A stretch of DNA of 60,482 nt, filler included, from Globobulimina sp. (taxonomy: Eukaryota): assembly GCA_003354225.1 (NCBI GenBank). It is 16 parts of 16 records of this genome, joined end to end, with 100 filler letters (N's around TTAATTAATTAA, not from the genome) between each part and the next. Parts side by side here need not be neighbours in the genome. Positions count along the whole stretch, not along the records: positions 34,107 to 37,789 come from PIVH01002264.1; positions 37,890 to 41,572 come from PIVH01002265.1; positions 41,673 to 45,355 come from PIVH01002266.1; positions 45,456 to 49,138 come from PIVH01002267.1; positions 49,239 to 52,920 come from PIVH01002268.1; 11 more parts are not named here. The stretch is one strand, 5' to 3'. The notes below the pieces were generated by a model. That model saw nothing but the letters and a program-made list of their open reading frames with translations. It did not search any database and had not been told where the DNA came from. This document shows, piece after piece, positions 37,101 to 49,973 of this stretch. The translations under genes were made by a program, and so were the position numbers. Positions within the stretch are counted from its first letter, which is position 1, and every line of letters begins with the position of its first letter.

Positions 37101-37549
37101 TTGTTGCAGTGGTTTTGAAGAATTTTGAAGAACAAATTGAATCATCATCAAAACATCTAAAAATTCCCACCAATGTTATGGAACAATTTGAGAAATTATG
37201 GCTAAAATTTGCTGAAAAAGATGGTGAATTGATGAAAGCAGATCGATTAGGAACATTTTTAAATTTATTACCGGAACCATTGGGATTGCTAAATAATCCT
37301 AGATTTGGTAAAGATTTACAAAAATGTATATATAAATTACAAATTCCTCAATCAAATGGTTTTATACATTATATAGATTTAGGCACAACGTTAACATTAA
37401 GCGTATATGGCACCGATACCTCAATGATTCCCGAAGAGAATGAATTTATGAAATATACACGATCCCAAATGTTTAGAAAATTCCCAAACTTTAAGACATT
37501 TAAAAAGAAACAAACAGTCTGCGGTTTAAATCCTCATGCTTCAGAATAA
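34107..37549 (+). CDS. Four-domain voltage-gated cation channel alpha subunit, Cav-type filter; repeats II-IV (5' truncated), intronless
   Basis: S4 segments (LRAFRLLRVFKLLK, FRALRALRPLRMISR, ARVLRIGRIFRVVK); pore loops LTGENWN, ATLEQWP, STGESWN; EF-hand-like tail with LPEPLG. Confidence 0.96.
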
Positions 37550-38060
37550 TATATTGTATGTTAGTAAATTCAATTGTTATTTTTTGTTCACATAAATTAA
37601 ACAACCACTCATAATAAATAAATAATTCATTACCAACCAATCATAAAAATGAGCAATTATAAACCGTTTGCTTTGTCCATATCAATTATAAAGTCGATAC
37701 AATTTGAGAAATATATTAAGAATACTTAGATAATTATAGAATGTTAAGTGCTTAAAAACAGCATTTATATATATATATATATATGTTCANNNNNNNNNNN
37801 NNNNNNNNNNNNNNNNNNNNNNNNNNNNNNNNNTTAATTAATTAANNNNNNNNNNNNNNNNNNNNNNNNNNNNNNNNNNNNNNNNNNNNTTTTTTGTATG
37901 GTTGAAAACGGTTGAAACGTTTAAACGTTTAAGTGAATCACCTTTGCGTTTCTGAGACGTCAATCTACGTAGATTGTTGTATATATTCTAAAGACACAGA
38001 AACATAATATGTAAACAATCAAGCAAGACCTAAAAACATTCACAACATAATATCTACAGT

Positions 38061-39476
38061 TTAACAATGAGATGTTTGTGACTCATCATCATTATGATTC
38101 CCATTATCATCATTTTCTTCATCTCCTGGCTGAGTGATGCTATCTCCCTCTTTTAGTGCATCTTCTATTTGTACATCAATATCAAAATCGTGATTGGCTG
38201 CTTTTGCAATGGTCTCTCTTCCCGCAACATTATTATACCCATCGAGCGTAGGACGGCCTGGACCATCGAGTGTGGGCCGACCAGCAGTCTCCGTTAAAAT
38301 GATATCACCGCCATCCACATCCACATCCACATCAACATCTACATCAACATCTACGTCTGGAAGGTCAGTTTGTGAATTGCTCTCAATATGCGCTAACTGT
38401 ATAGCTTGATGATATTGCGCTATATTCACAGCTAAAGCGACATTTTGCGATGGTGCACCAATTGCATATTTCCCGCTATTTCTTTTTTCACCGAATGTAT
38501 CATTTCTGGTTAAACTATCTTTCCCTTTCGCTTTACCCACAGCATAAACCATATAAAAGCACAACAAACAAACACAACATCCCACCAAACCCGATAATAT
38601 TATTAGAAGCGACCAAAATGCAGAATTTTCCGGCTGTGAATGAATATAAATATTGTCCTGTGTTTGAGTAATATTTGCTGGAAACGTTGCTATATTAATT
38701 GTTGGATTTACTGTTGTTGGAATTGTTGGAATGGTTGGAAGTGTCGGATTTGATGTCGGCGAATGTGTTCCAATGGGAGGATACCATGAATCTATCCAAC
38801 CACATTTTGATCCGATACATTCCCAAAGATACGGATTATTGCTAAAATCAACCACCATGCTGGTACATTGCAATACAGATCGGTCACATTGTAGTATACA
38901 TTCACCAGATCCACATTTTAAGTATACATTATCACATGCATCAGTTAATGGTGTATAGCAATTTAAAGAGCAATCGCCGGCTCCACAGTTCATAGTTAAT
39001 GATTTGCAGGAACTGGCAGCAGGGCAGTCCACTTTGACAGAATTCGATATTGCTGCGTGTAATGTTACTGAATCGCACAATTCGTTTCCTGTTGTTTTTT
39101 GGCTGCTTATGCCACAGAATAAATATATATCATTTGATATTGAATCAGCATAAATATTCAATAGTTTACATGTTCGAGCTCCATCACATATTATTTACAA
39201 ACTTGAGGCGTTTGCTCCGTGAATGGTTCCGTTGGAACAAGCGTCAGGCGATGCTGATCCCGAGCCGCAGTATATAGAACATGGTTGATTAGCATTGCAG
39301 TGTAAATTAGCGTTTTTGCATGATTCCTGATTGTCACATCTCATGACACATGCTTCGTTAGTTTGGGTACAGACGCATGCAGCTTGTCCGGAACAATCAA
39401 CAATCTCTGATAACACCATATTGGTCATTGAATATAACAAATTGGTCATGAGGTAGCAGCGGAGCAACCGCGACAT
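38061..39476 (-). pseudogene. Cys-rich repeat type I membrane protein with one in-frame TAA (39195-39197)
   Basis: ORFs 39195-39476 and 38061-39161 share a frame. ASSL*IICDGARTCK fits the C-x4/5-C repeat, so this is a premature stop rather than an intron. A PT stalk and TM helix follow. Confidence 0.6.
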
Positions 39477-39623
39477 TATCGTTTTTAGTTGTTTGTGTTT
39501 GAGCTGTTTTCATGAGATATCGTGGTATTATGAAAACGTTGATTGTAAATTACTCTCTATTAATAATTTAATACAATCAAGACATGCCACACAAAATACA
39601 AAAAAATTAATAAACAATACACT

Positions 39624-41572
39624 TTACCAATTTATTAATTTATTTAAAATTTTAATTTCTTGTTTTAAAGTATCATCTTTAACACATTTCATTTCTTTTT
39701 TGAAATAATTTTTGAATTCATTAAATGTTTGTTTATATTTTAATTTATCATTACTATTTATCCAATTTTTAAGCAATGAAACATAACGAGACAATAATAA
39801 ACCTTTTCTAATCCCTAAATTTGGATAAATTTCATTATTATTATCATCGCATATTAAATTTATACATTGTTTATGTTGGAAATGTTTACCGAATTTATCC
39901 TCAAATGTAATTTCAACAAAATATGGACATTGTTGGATTACATTTTTTTTATTTAATTGAATTAAAATAATTCCTCCTTTAATATCGCCGGCATCATTGG
40001 GTGGCGACGGAAACAGCGTTTTAATAGACATAATCTCTCCATTTTTAATATTCACGTTATCGGAACCAAATACATTTTCTATTGCATTATATTTTGATCC
40101 TTCGCAAAATAATGTTAATTCTAAATTAAATACCATTGGCGATACAAAATAATCAAATTCTGAGCATAATTTCTTTTTAAATTCTTTATTTGTATGAACT
40201 GCAAAATAATTACATCCGCGAACATCGCTTATTTCTGAAATTAAATCTGAATTAAAGTCAATACCAATTCCAGTAAAAGTCGTATAAATCCTTTTTATAT
40301 TCACCTCATTGTCTGCTGCATTTTTAACCAAATTTAATAAACTGTTTGGATCCGTTGACCCAGAGTTTGGTCGAGCGTCCGTTAAAAATCTGTAAAAACA
40401 TCAAAATAATAATGACATTTTGGATATTAATGACATTGACAGAGAGTACGTACATTAATCTATTTTCATATAAATCATCATTCAATACATATAAAATTGA
40501 ATTAAACAGAGCTATTCCGCCTTGATAGCCAGCTTCAAAATTAGTACCACCCCTTTCTGAAATGTTTAATATATCTTCGATTTGCTCCATTTTTATATCT
40601 TTCATCTTTGAGAAATTAATTTTAATCTCTGAATAATTATCAAATAAAACCAGACCAAATCTATCCTCGGGGGTCAAATGTGTCAATAATAACAATAAAC
40701 ATTGCTTAGCCACTTCCATTTTGCTTTTCCTATCCTGATAATTATCGTTATTATTAAAAGTGGTCCCCATACTCCCGGATATATCTAAAACTACGACTAA
40801 GTTTAAATGTTTTCGTTGGAAATCTTTCTCGCAAATATTTGAATTTAAGCCGACAACAACAAAATGTTCAAATTGTTTGTCATCTTCGCTTTCCTCAAAT
40901 TCGATCATATCATTTATTGTGTTATTGATATTTCTCAAAGCGTTGGGAATCATCGATTTTGAATAACTGTATGAAGGATAAAATATAGGTAACTCTTCTT
41001 TTTCCTTTTCGTCAATACCCATCTCATTCTCATTCGCATTTGAATCAAAATAATATTCATTAAATATGCCCTGATATGAAATTGAATTAAGTGCTGGAAT
41101 CTGTTTGTTTTCAATACATAAACGAAATGAATTTATATCTTGCGCCCCGCCCAAAGAAAAACCAATATTTCTATCAACATTTGTTGCATTATTCTGTACA
41201 GAATGATTATGTGACATACGATTCCTCACTCGATGGAGCTGCCGGACTGACATACTGTTTGAGCAGCTCCGGAGCTGCCTTTTCTTCATTCCATGGGCAA
41301 CAGATCGCAAACTACTAATTAGTAAAATATCAAAATAAATAGACTGTATTAAAATGAATGTACCTTTTCGTTTGACACATATGCATTTGGGGCATTGCAG
41401 AACTATGCTGCTGTAGTAGTCCCATCTGTTGTTGCTGTCGTTCATGTCGACGATATAGTTGTTGCTGTTGTTGTTGCTGTTGTTGTTGTTCATGTACTTG
41501 TTGACGATATAGTTGTTGCTGTTGTTGCTGTCGTTGTTGTTGTTGTTGTTGAGGAGCGAATTTATACGCACT
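39624..41572 (-). CDS. von Willebrand factor A (MIDAS) domain protein; intron about 40390-40453; 5' structure uncertain
   Basis: IGFSLGGAQDINSFR, LNLVVVLDISGSMG, GGTN, spliced NRLIFLTDARPN, TTFTGIGIDFN, FDYFVSPMVFNL. Confidence 0.88.
41420..41550 (-). repeat. (AAC)n poly-Asn tract with a duplicated NNSNNYIV unit
   Basis: GTT triplet runs on + strand; GACGATATAGTTGTTGCTGTTGTTG occurs twice. Confidence 0.85.
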
Positions 41573-42098
41573 NNNNNNNNNNNNNNNNNNNNNNNNNNNN
41601 NNNNNNNNNNNNNNNNTTAATTAATTAANNNNNNNNNNNNNNNNNNNNNNNNNNNNNNNNNNNNNNNNNNNNCCCTAGTTTTAACAATATCAATCAGAAT
41701 GTATTAATATTAACACACAACAAACATATATCATAGATAAACAATCACACAAAAAATCAATATTGTACATATCGTATATGTCAAGTTATGGAGCCATTAT
41801 GGGGTGAACAGACTTTTGCAACACCCTTTTTCATGTTCCGCTGGATTCACTGTAGGGTATTTTTTTGGGTAAAATATTGTATCCATATCCAGTTGGTATC
41901 TTGACTTGGTAAAGTTTTTCACGTCTCGGGGCGCCCTTCTGGAAACACGTTACCCAGTCTCGATATTACTGAATATGGGTAAAATACTAATTTAAATATT
42001 TAAACATCAATTATTTAATCCATACAATAAATATAAACATTTTGCAAAAACCTCTTTTAAGTCAACCCTAAGATAAGAAACGCAATTAACAATTCCAA

Positions 42099-42380
42099 AT
42101 GTCCACAAAAAAGAAAGAGACGAAGGAGAAAGCTGTCACCCCGTTAACACCAATGGGTGAATTTTTAAAAGGGACAGAATTACAAATTTGGACAAAACAG
42201 TTCGATTATAACCATGTAACATTGGAGGGGGTAATTGGGATTTACAAAACAAACAAACTCTTTGGTTACTTTGATGATTTTGGCTTGGGATTAGAAAATA
42301 CAAAATGTTTGGAGGGGATGATTAAAAGGAAAATAGATAAAGAAAATAAAAAAGAGAAAGAAGAGAAAAAATCGCAATAA
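42099..42380 (+). CDS. Small basic hypothetical protein, weakly SAM-like
   Basis: 93-aa ATG-initiated ORF in AT-rich surroundings; FL...EL..W...F pattern. Confidence 0.35.
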   Translation: MSTKKKETKEKAVTPLTPMGEFLKGTELQIWTKQFDYNHVTLEGVIGIYKTNKLFGYFDDFGLGLENTKCLEGMIKRKIDKENKKEKEEKKSQ

Positions 42381-42904
42381 GAAAAAATCACATAAAAATA
42401 AAAACTATAAAGAAGAATTTATAAATAAAGTATGTACGTTCTGTCAAAAATTCGCATAACCTCTGCGCAAAAACCGTAAATATATATAGATAAAAAAATA
42501 GCTGTGAATCTCCAGGTTGTATCAAAAACATATGTTGTATTTTTTTTGTTGCTTTTTATATCCCAATTCATACAATAATTTTGTGTAGATTTATTTTCTA
42601 CGCACACGAAGTATGAATATAATGTTTGATTTTTTTTGTAATATGTAAATTAATATTATTATGCAGCAAATTATAGAAACGAAATTGTAACGTCATAATT
42701 ACGATAATGCGCATGCATTTATTTTGTATATTCGTTTGTTGCATTCGTACTTTCCTTCGTGTCTATTCTTGAAATATTAAGTGTGTGTGTTTTGATTAAC
42801 ACATTCTCGATGCACCAATATAAAGCTCCAATTGCTAATATACCAAAACATATTGAATTAATAAAATCCGAAAACATATTGGTTTTGACAACATCTTAAA
42901 ATAT

Positions 42905-43373
42905 TGAATCACACAAAAACCAAATCCATAGATTCATATTTTACACTGATTTGCATCTCGAATATTTTGCAAGATTTTGTTTGGTTTACCATCCGTTAAT
43001 AAATAAATTTTATTTATCATTTTCAATCATATTTGTATGGCGGACAACAGTGCTTTATTTGTGTTGGTGCCGCCATTTACCAATGAACATTTGGTTATAA
43101 CTTCAATGGTATGGTCAAATAATAAAATATTCATAGAACCGGAATACCAGATCGATCGTTGGATTGTCTCTTTCTTATTATCACTATAAATCGGAAAATT
43201 AAATCATTTATTAAATCAATTGCATTATTCTTATTATTTGTGATTGGTTTTATATTTTCAAACAAAGGACGGACAGATATTAAATGACAAAAACAATCAT
43301 TTCTATCCATCAAAAATAGTGAATTTGAAGGCTTATTTGCATTATTTTTATATTGTAATATGATTAAATCCAT
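42905..43373 (-). pseudogene. Decayed vWA-domain gene remnant
   Basis: One frame reads SGSMNILLFDHTIE...VNGGTNTNKALLSAIQI*LKMINKIYLLTDGKPN...CKI*IYGFGF, with two TGA stops and compressed motif spacing. Confidence 0.65.
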
Positions 43374-43640
43374 ATTGATATTGGGAGACGGTTTATAATT
43401 ATTTAATCGATCACCATTTACATTTATATACTCATTGTACGCAATATTATGTTCCCCAAAATAATGAACTTTGATTTTATTTGTTCGTTTATTTATTTTT
43501 AAAATATTGCCATCAAACCAGGTCTCGCCTTGTTTAATTTGAATTGGATCATTTGTTTGCTATCCACATAGGTCTGAAACAAACATTTGATTGCACATCG
43601 AAAACTAGCCAAGACTTAGTGAGCCAAAACCTGCGTTTGC

Positions 43641-45355
43641 ATGGGAGAATTACTGAGTAATCTAGCATCTTCATGCGCGCCCACTGATGGTACCTCTATC
43701 AAAACATGTTGGAGCGACCCATGTTTTAAAACCACAACCATTACAAATCCATACAAAAACGAAGAAATTGAGCAAAAAAGAAAGAAAAAGAAAGATATTA
43801 TTAATAATAATGATTCAGAAACACCACATACAACAATGCCAGAAACGAATCAAGCCGAATATTCACAAACCAATATTAATCCGTTGCAAACCGTTAGCAA
43901 ATGCGACACAAACAGTACGTGGGATGAATGTCCAGCAATAAAACGTCTTATTAAAGCACTAACAATTTATCAACAATTGGATCGGGAATATTTTTTGCAA
44001 TTTTTCGACGAAGATTATCCTCAATTAATTAACGATTATACTCATTTATCACAATCCCATGCAAAAGATTTGCAGGCTATCAATCATAGTTTGGATTTTT
44101 GCAAAATGTCTGAATGCGGTTATTTGAAAACCCATTTTCAGCAACGAGATGTTGGTCCAATTGGAGTCCAACACGGTTTCTATTGCGATATAATGGATAG
44201 TTTACATTTTCATATTCATCATATTTATGATTGTGGATTGCGAACAGATATCGACCAACAAATATCCAATAAAATTATTGCGAAGACAAGAAAAATCACC
44301 GACGCATTTGACAGATTTAGGATTAGTAATAACACAAAATATAGTATTAAAGCCAACGCAAATGATCAGCAATGCAAAGGTCAAAGTTCAGGTATGCTAT
44401 GTATTGAATATTATTTATAATATTTGCTGTTATGTAAATTTTTCACAGTGACTATTTCAGATGAAATGTTTAACCGTTTAACAAAATATAATATCGATGT
44501 CGATCAAATAAACGAATTACGTGAATTAATACAACTACAACATTATGATACTGATGCTATTGAATATGATATTGAGTTTAATGGAAATATATCTCATATT
44601 ACACTTAAAAGTAAAATTAAAGATTTCTTGAAAGAAATGTAAAGTTTAGTTATGCTTTTTTAATGTAAACGTACAGTAAATTTGCTGTTTGGATAGCAAC
44701 GGCAATGTATATATATGTTTGATTTTGAAAATACAAATAATCAACAAAAGGAATTAAAATTTTATTTGACAATCGATTCAAATGCATTTATGTCAAAATT
44801 TGAAGCAAACATTAATAAAAATCAATTATTCATTGCCCACATTCATAGAAAAGAAGATAATGAATCAAAAGAATCAAATGAAAGACAAATATTTGTAAGA
44901 CAGCCGGATAAAAATATATTAAATGTATTTGAAATAAAAACGAAGCTTTGTGCAAAAAGTACAATATCATTACGAGTAGAAATCGAACAATATTTAGAAG
45001 AAATGAGTGGATTCAATCAAATAAATATTCAAATATTAAAGAATTTAAATGAGTATAATATAACACCCACTTTCAAACAAATTAATGTTAATTTTTATAT
45101 TGAAGATAAGGATGACATCATCGATGAAAATATTCTATTTGTTGGCAATCACAATAATAAAAATAATATAATTTCAAACAAAATAAATGCAAACAAATGT
45201 GAAATAAATGGGAATATTGCAATGAGCAATGCGTGGCATTCGGATCTATGTGGAATGCAAATAAATGATCCAATTAAAATTAAACAAGGCGAGACCTGGT
45301 TTGATGGCAATATTTTAAAAATAAATAAACGAACAAATAAAATCAAAGTTCATTA
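43641..45355 (+). CDS. Uncharacterised protein with His/Cys-rich helical domain (3' truncated); two short introns
   Basis: ORFs 43641, 44424 and 44715 can be joined by GT-AG introns; motif CPAIKRL...NDYTHL...C..SEC...MDSLHFHIHH. Confidence 0.6.
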
Positions 45356-45455
45356 NNNNNNNNNNNNNNNNNNNNNNNNNNNNNNNNNNNNNNNNNNNNT
45401 TAATTAATTAANNNNNNNNNNNNNNNNNNNNNNNNNNNNNNNNNNNNNNNNNNNN

Positions 45456-48400
45456 AGAATTTTACTGATATCGAACCTGTGCATGATTCACTACGTAACG
45501 AGATATTGAACCAAGTTAAAAGTCTGAACAATGAGTGGTGGGAAGCAGCCGTAGCAAAAGCCAGATCGTTATGGAACAAAAATATCAAAGCGAAAAGAGC
45601 AAAATGGAATATTCTAAAAGGAACTCGCATTGGCGAACTACATACAATTTCAGTATTGCTTGTGTTGGAGCCAGAGTTAAGAGTTCTAGTTAGCACCTTA
45701 TTCATGACACGGCCAATAATTGAGGTACACAGACGATTTGCAATTTGGTTCAAATTATTAAAGCAAGCTATATATTTATATGGCGATGCATTAAGAGCAA
45801 GTTGTCCAATTTATTACGCTACCAATGATAAAAAATTATTTGCGAAATTCAAACGCGATTTGAATGTTCCTATCATTGCCTCCACGCAGCCTGTCTCTAT
45901 AGAACAAAACACGGCAAATAAGCATAATACAGTACTGATGGAACTGACCAATGCCAGCGCTCGGAAATTACCAATTTATTATTTTAATATTCAATCTATT
46001 ATTACTAATCAATCATTGTGTGTGTACATGTTTTTTGGTGGCCAATTTGATATGAAACCGCACAAAGATTCAGCCAGAATTTTATTAGCTAAAGGCTCGC
46101 AATGTAAAATATATTCGAGGACAGCAGGGAAATGGTGTTACGGAGTGGTGAATGATATATTTACTGATAAAGAAGGCGAATGGTTGAATATTGATTATGG
46201 GGATAGATACAAACAAATAAAGAGGCTGAGCAAGGACTTACGTCCAATACATATCGGAAAAGCATGGTATGATAAAATGTGGAGATATTGCAGTGAAAAA
46301 TATCCATCGCCGCAGCAAAAGCAAAATAACCCATTTTTGGATGCGTTGGTGGGACCAAACCATAATATATTGAGTCAATGTAATATTGAGCATGATCCAA
46401 AATTAGCATTTCGTATTAAGACAATATTGGCACATTATAAGACAGCCAAGAATATAATACCGGATTTTGATACATTTATTCGAGAAACAAATATCGTTAT
46501 ACCTGACGCTGCAATTTCAGATAAGTTCAGATCAATGTACTGCCGTAAACGAGCACGGTTACAGTCTCAGAATAAACGTGTTACGCTAACAACAGTTCAT
46601 TCAAAATCATCCTCAATGTTTGCAGATGACATAAAGCACAATTTTGAACAATCAACACCAAAGCAAGTGAGTGTGAATCAGGTACGGCAACAAGCAACAT
46701 ATGGTGCAGGTATTTGTATGCGTTATGATGTGAATAAGCCTCGCTTTGAGTCGCTGGCCGAAGAGATTATGTTCAATGAAGTTATTAATATTTCGAATGA
46801 GATATTTAATCATTATTTAGTAAAAGCAAAGGACATTTATTCTGAAAATTGTCTAATTATGGTGTCAACATCAAATGACTCGAATTTTGGCATTGAAAAA
46901 TATGAACCCATTTCAATAGCACATATAATTGCTGTTATGATCCATACCGAAGAAGCTCAGTATTCACGAGAATTTGTAAGGTCCTGTTTAAATTTAGATA
47001 AAACAAGCTCGGAAATAGAGATTCAAAATCATTGTAATAATTTCTATTGGTTTGGAAGGTATTTATTCGAAGCTATTGAATATTATGGGGAAATATTTGA
47101 TGTGCAGCCACCATCTCGTCACAGTAAATCAACTCAACAGAATTTACAACCATTACCACGTATATTCAATTTTAAATTATTTGCCCCCTCAAGTATGAAT
47201 TTTGTTATTTTTATATTTTTCTAGCTGTGATGCACATTTTGCATTTGTAAACAGTTAATTTCCCGCTATCCACTACGCATTCAATGGAAATGGCTTTGCA
47301 TTATGCCGGAGATAAAGGATGTGTTATAGAGTTAATTCCAAAATATAATGGGGTTTTAAACTCAACAAAATTTCTGAATTTAAATGCAATGTATCAAGAT
47401 TTTGACGATGAAAAAAGGTATGCATTTGTTGTATATATTATTATTGTATATATTTGTATTATCTGTATGCAGATTGTTCTTTGGGCGAAGGTGTGCTGTC
47501 CAGATTAAAAATATTGTGTCATCCCATCACCATTCATTTCATAAGTTTATTTTGCCGTTGGTATATTTAGAAAAAATAATGTTGCAAACAATATTTGATC
47601 GACAATTTTTTAACGCAAAACACCTGTATGGTAAAAAAGAGAATATGGCGGATATCCAATCGACATTATTTAATTTAATCCATTCCTATATTGGAATTGC
47701 TTTGATGCAACGTTCAAACTCAGATATTTCGGCTGAAGTTGATGAAGAAACTCAATGTTTTATTATAAAAAAGTATTTTCCAACAACCGGCACTCAGGGA
47801 AATGCATATATATATGAGATTTTGTATGTTGTTAATTTATTAAAACATTGGTGCGAAGGAAGAAGTATGTTTTCTATGTTTATAACTTTCTAAAACGTTT
47901 TTCTAAAACGTTTATGTCACATTTAATAAATAGCATTTATAACATTTGAATCTTTTGCCGCCGAGATACCATTTATGATAAAACCATTGCAACAATTTTT
48001 TGTTACAAAACATGGAAAGCATAGCTATCAAATTAACATTACAAATTTGCAATTAATTATGCCAAATCTTAAGAATTATCGTAATTTTGATAAATATGTT
48101 GTTTCCTTGCAACCATTACCAAAAAAAGAACGTATAACAACAGTACAATCAAAGGGGATTATTGAGATAATAAATCGGAATTTGTATCATTATTATAAGC
48201 ATCAATCGAATGACACATATTATCAAAAACAAAATAAAATTGGAAAATTTAAAAGTTACTGTCAAGAGCAAAAGTTTGATGATATTTATGTTATGGCTCA
48301 ACTGCAACAATCAGCCAATAACTGTCATATTTGTCAATTTGATAAATATTTTCCTTATCCACCAAATATAAAAGTGTCAGACTCTGAAAAATTTGTTCGC

Positions 48401-49138
48401 GAAATATTGCAAACTGCCTCAAAACCAAATCTTTTCAATATATTATACGGTGATGTTCGACATTTGGATTTGTCATCGACACCAAATATTGATGAAAAAG
48501 TAGATTATCCAAATACAAATATATTATCACCGCGGATTTCGGTTAGATTCGTCCAAACTGATGAACAATCAGATGATTATGATTCCATTTTTCGTGTTTT
48601 ATCAAACTGTCAAAGACATGAAATACCGGATGCAATCTGTGATATTTTGAAAGACTTAAAATATTTTAATAAAAGCAGCAGATTTCAAAAAGATCGGAAG
48701 GCAGCGGCACTGGCAGGCGCACCTCAAATGAAATTAAATCCCAATAAAAGCAACTTCTCATTTCCAAAGATCAAACAAAAAGATGTTATATTACAATTCA
48801 AAAATAGAAATAGACGCAATCTGACAAAGTTTTATGGACCGATATCCAAACTACGTAAAGCCACAAAGACAGATTTTATAAAAATAGCTGAAGAAATTAA
48901 GTTATTCGATGAAGATATGATACAGCGGTTAGCGGATAAATTAATGGAGCGATTATTCAGTGATATTGAACGTGTGAAACCATGGAAATGTCGACAATGT
49001 TGGTTTATAAATAGAAAAATGATGATTGGTATGTTTGTTTTATACTCTGTTTTGATTATAATACGTATCAATTTATATTGTTTGTATATAGGTGGTTTAT
49101 GGTGTTTGTATAATCAATTAAGTGAATGTGGTTTGTGT
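45456..49138 (+). CDS. Large multidomain protein (both ends truncated): two divergent ADP-ribosyltransferase-like domains flanking a Tudor/Agenet-like module, then a RanBP2-like Zn finger; introns include 47193-47254, 47418-47472
   Basis: Internal duplication (W..LLKQAIYLYG / W.GRYLFEAIEYYG; PIIAST / FPLSTT; MFFGG / LFFG); KGSQCKIYS...KWC.G.V...EGEWL.I.Y; WKCRQC...N...CGLC. The CDS is well supported; domain names are inference. Confidence 0.6.
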
Positions 49139-49238
49139 NNNNNNNNNNNNNNNNNNNNNNNNNNNNNNNNNNNNNNNNNNNNTTAATTAATTAANNNNNN
49201 NNNNNNNNNNNNNNNNNNNNNNNNNNNNNNNNNNNNNN

Positions 49239-49875
49239 AATGGTTAAATCTATATTTAATTCAAAATCGGAATTACCAAAATTATTAATTAACGCATTAA
49301 TAACTGGATTACGTACAAATATCTCCACTTTCTATAAAACAATAAGATTGAATGGAGTGCAGCAAAACACTTTGGAATGTCAATGGGATGCTTGTTTTGC
49401 AAAATTATCAATGATAATAAAATATTTCAAATCAATACATTTTACATTTCTTTTTGACAATGGATTATGTGAACTAGTTTCTTATCTTTATATTATTGGA
49501 AGAAGTCATAGTGATGCACTATTATTCACATATTCAATTAGGTTGTATTGTGTATGTATATATTATGCAGAAATATGTGATCACCAAAATAATACGAGAT
49601 TTAGTATGCATTTCAAAAAAAAGATGATGGAAAATGAAGTCCAATTTGACATCGATTACACGGCAGAATGGTTTGTTCAATGCACTCGATCTCGATATCG
49701 ACCTCTATGCGAATGGTTTTTATGCTATAAACCAAAAAATGAATTTAAAAGGAAAAATAAATGTAGTGGGTGCAGATTAGTGCAATATTGCTGTAGAAAT
49801 CATCAGAAGAAACACTGGAAATATGTTCATTCTCAACAATGTTCAAAACTTTACTGTTCACATAAACATGGGTAA
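49239..49875 (+). CDS. MYND-type zinc-finger protein, C-terminal part
   Basis: CEWFLC...KCSGCRLVQYCCRNHQKKHWKYVHSQQC. Confidence 0.85.
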
Positions 49876-49973
49876 AAGTTTTCTGTTTTCAAGAGCAACC
49901 ACAAATCATGTCCACCGGCAAAAGCAGTAGTTGTTTTTTTCACTGCAGTCCTTTACATCGTTTACAACAAACA

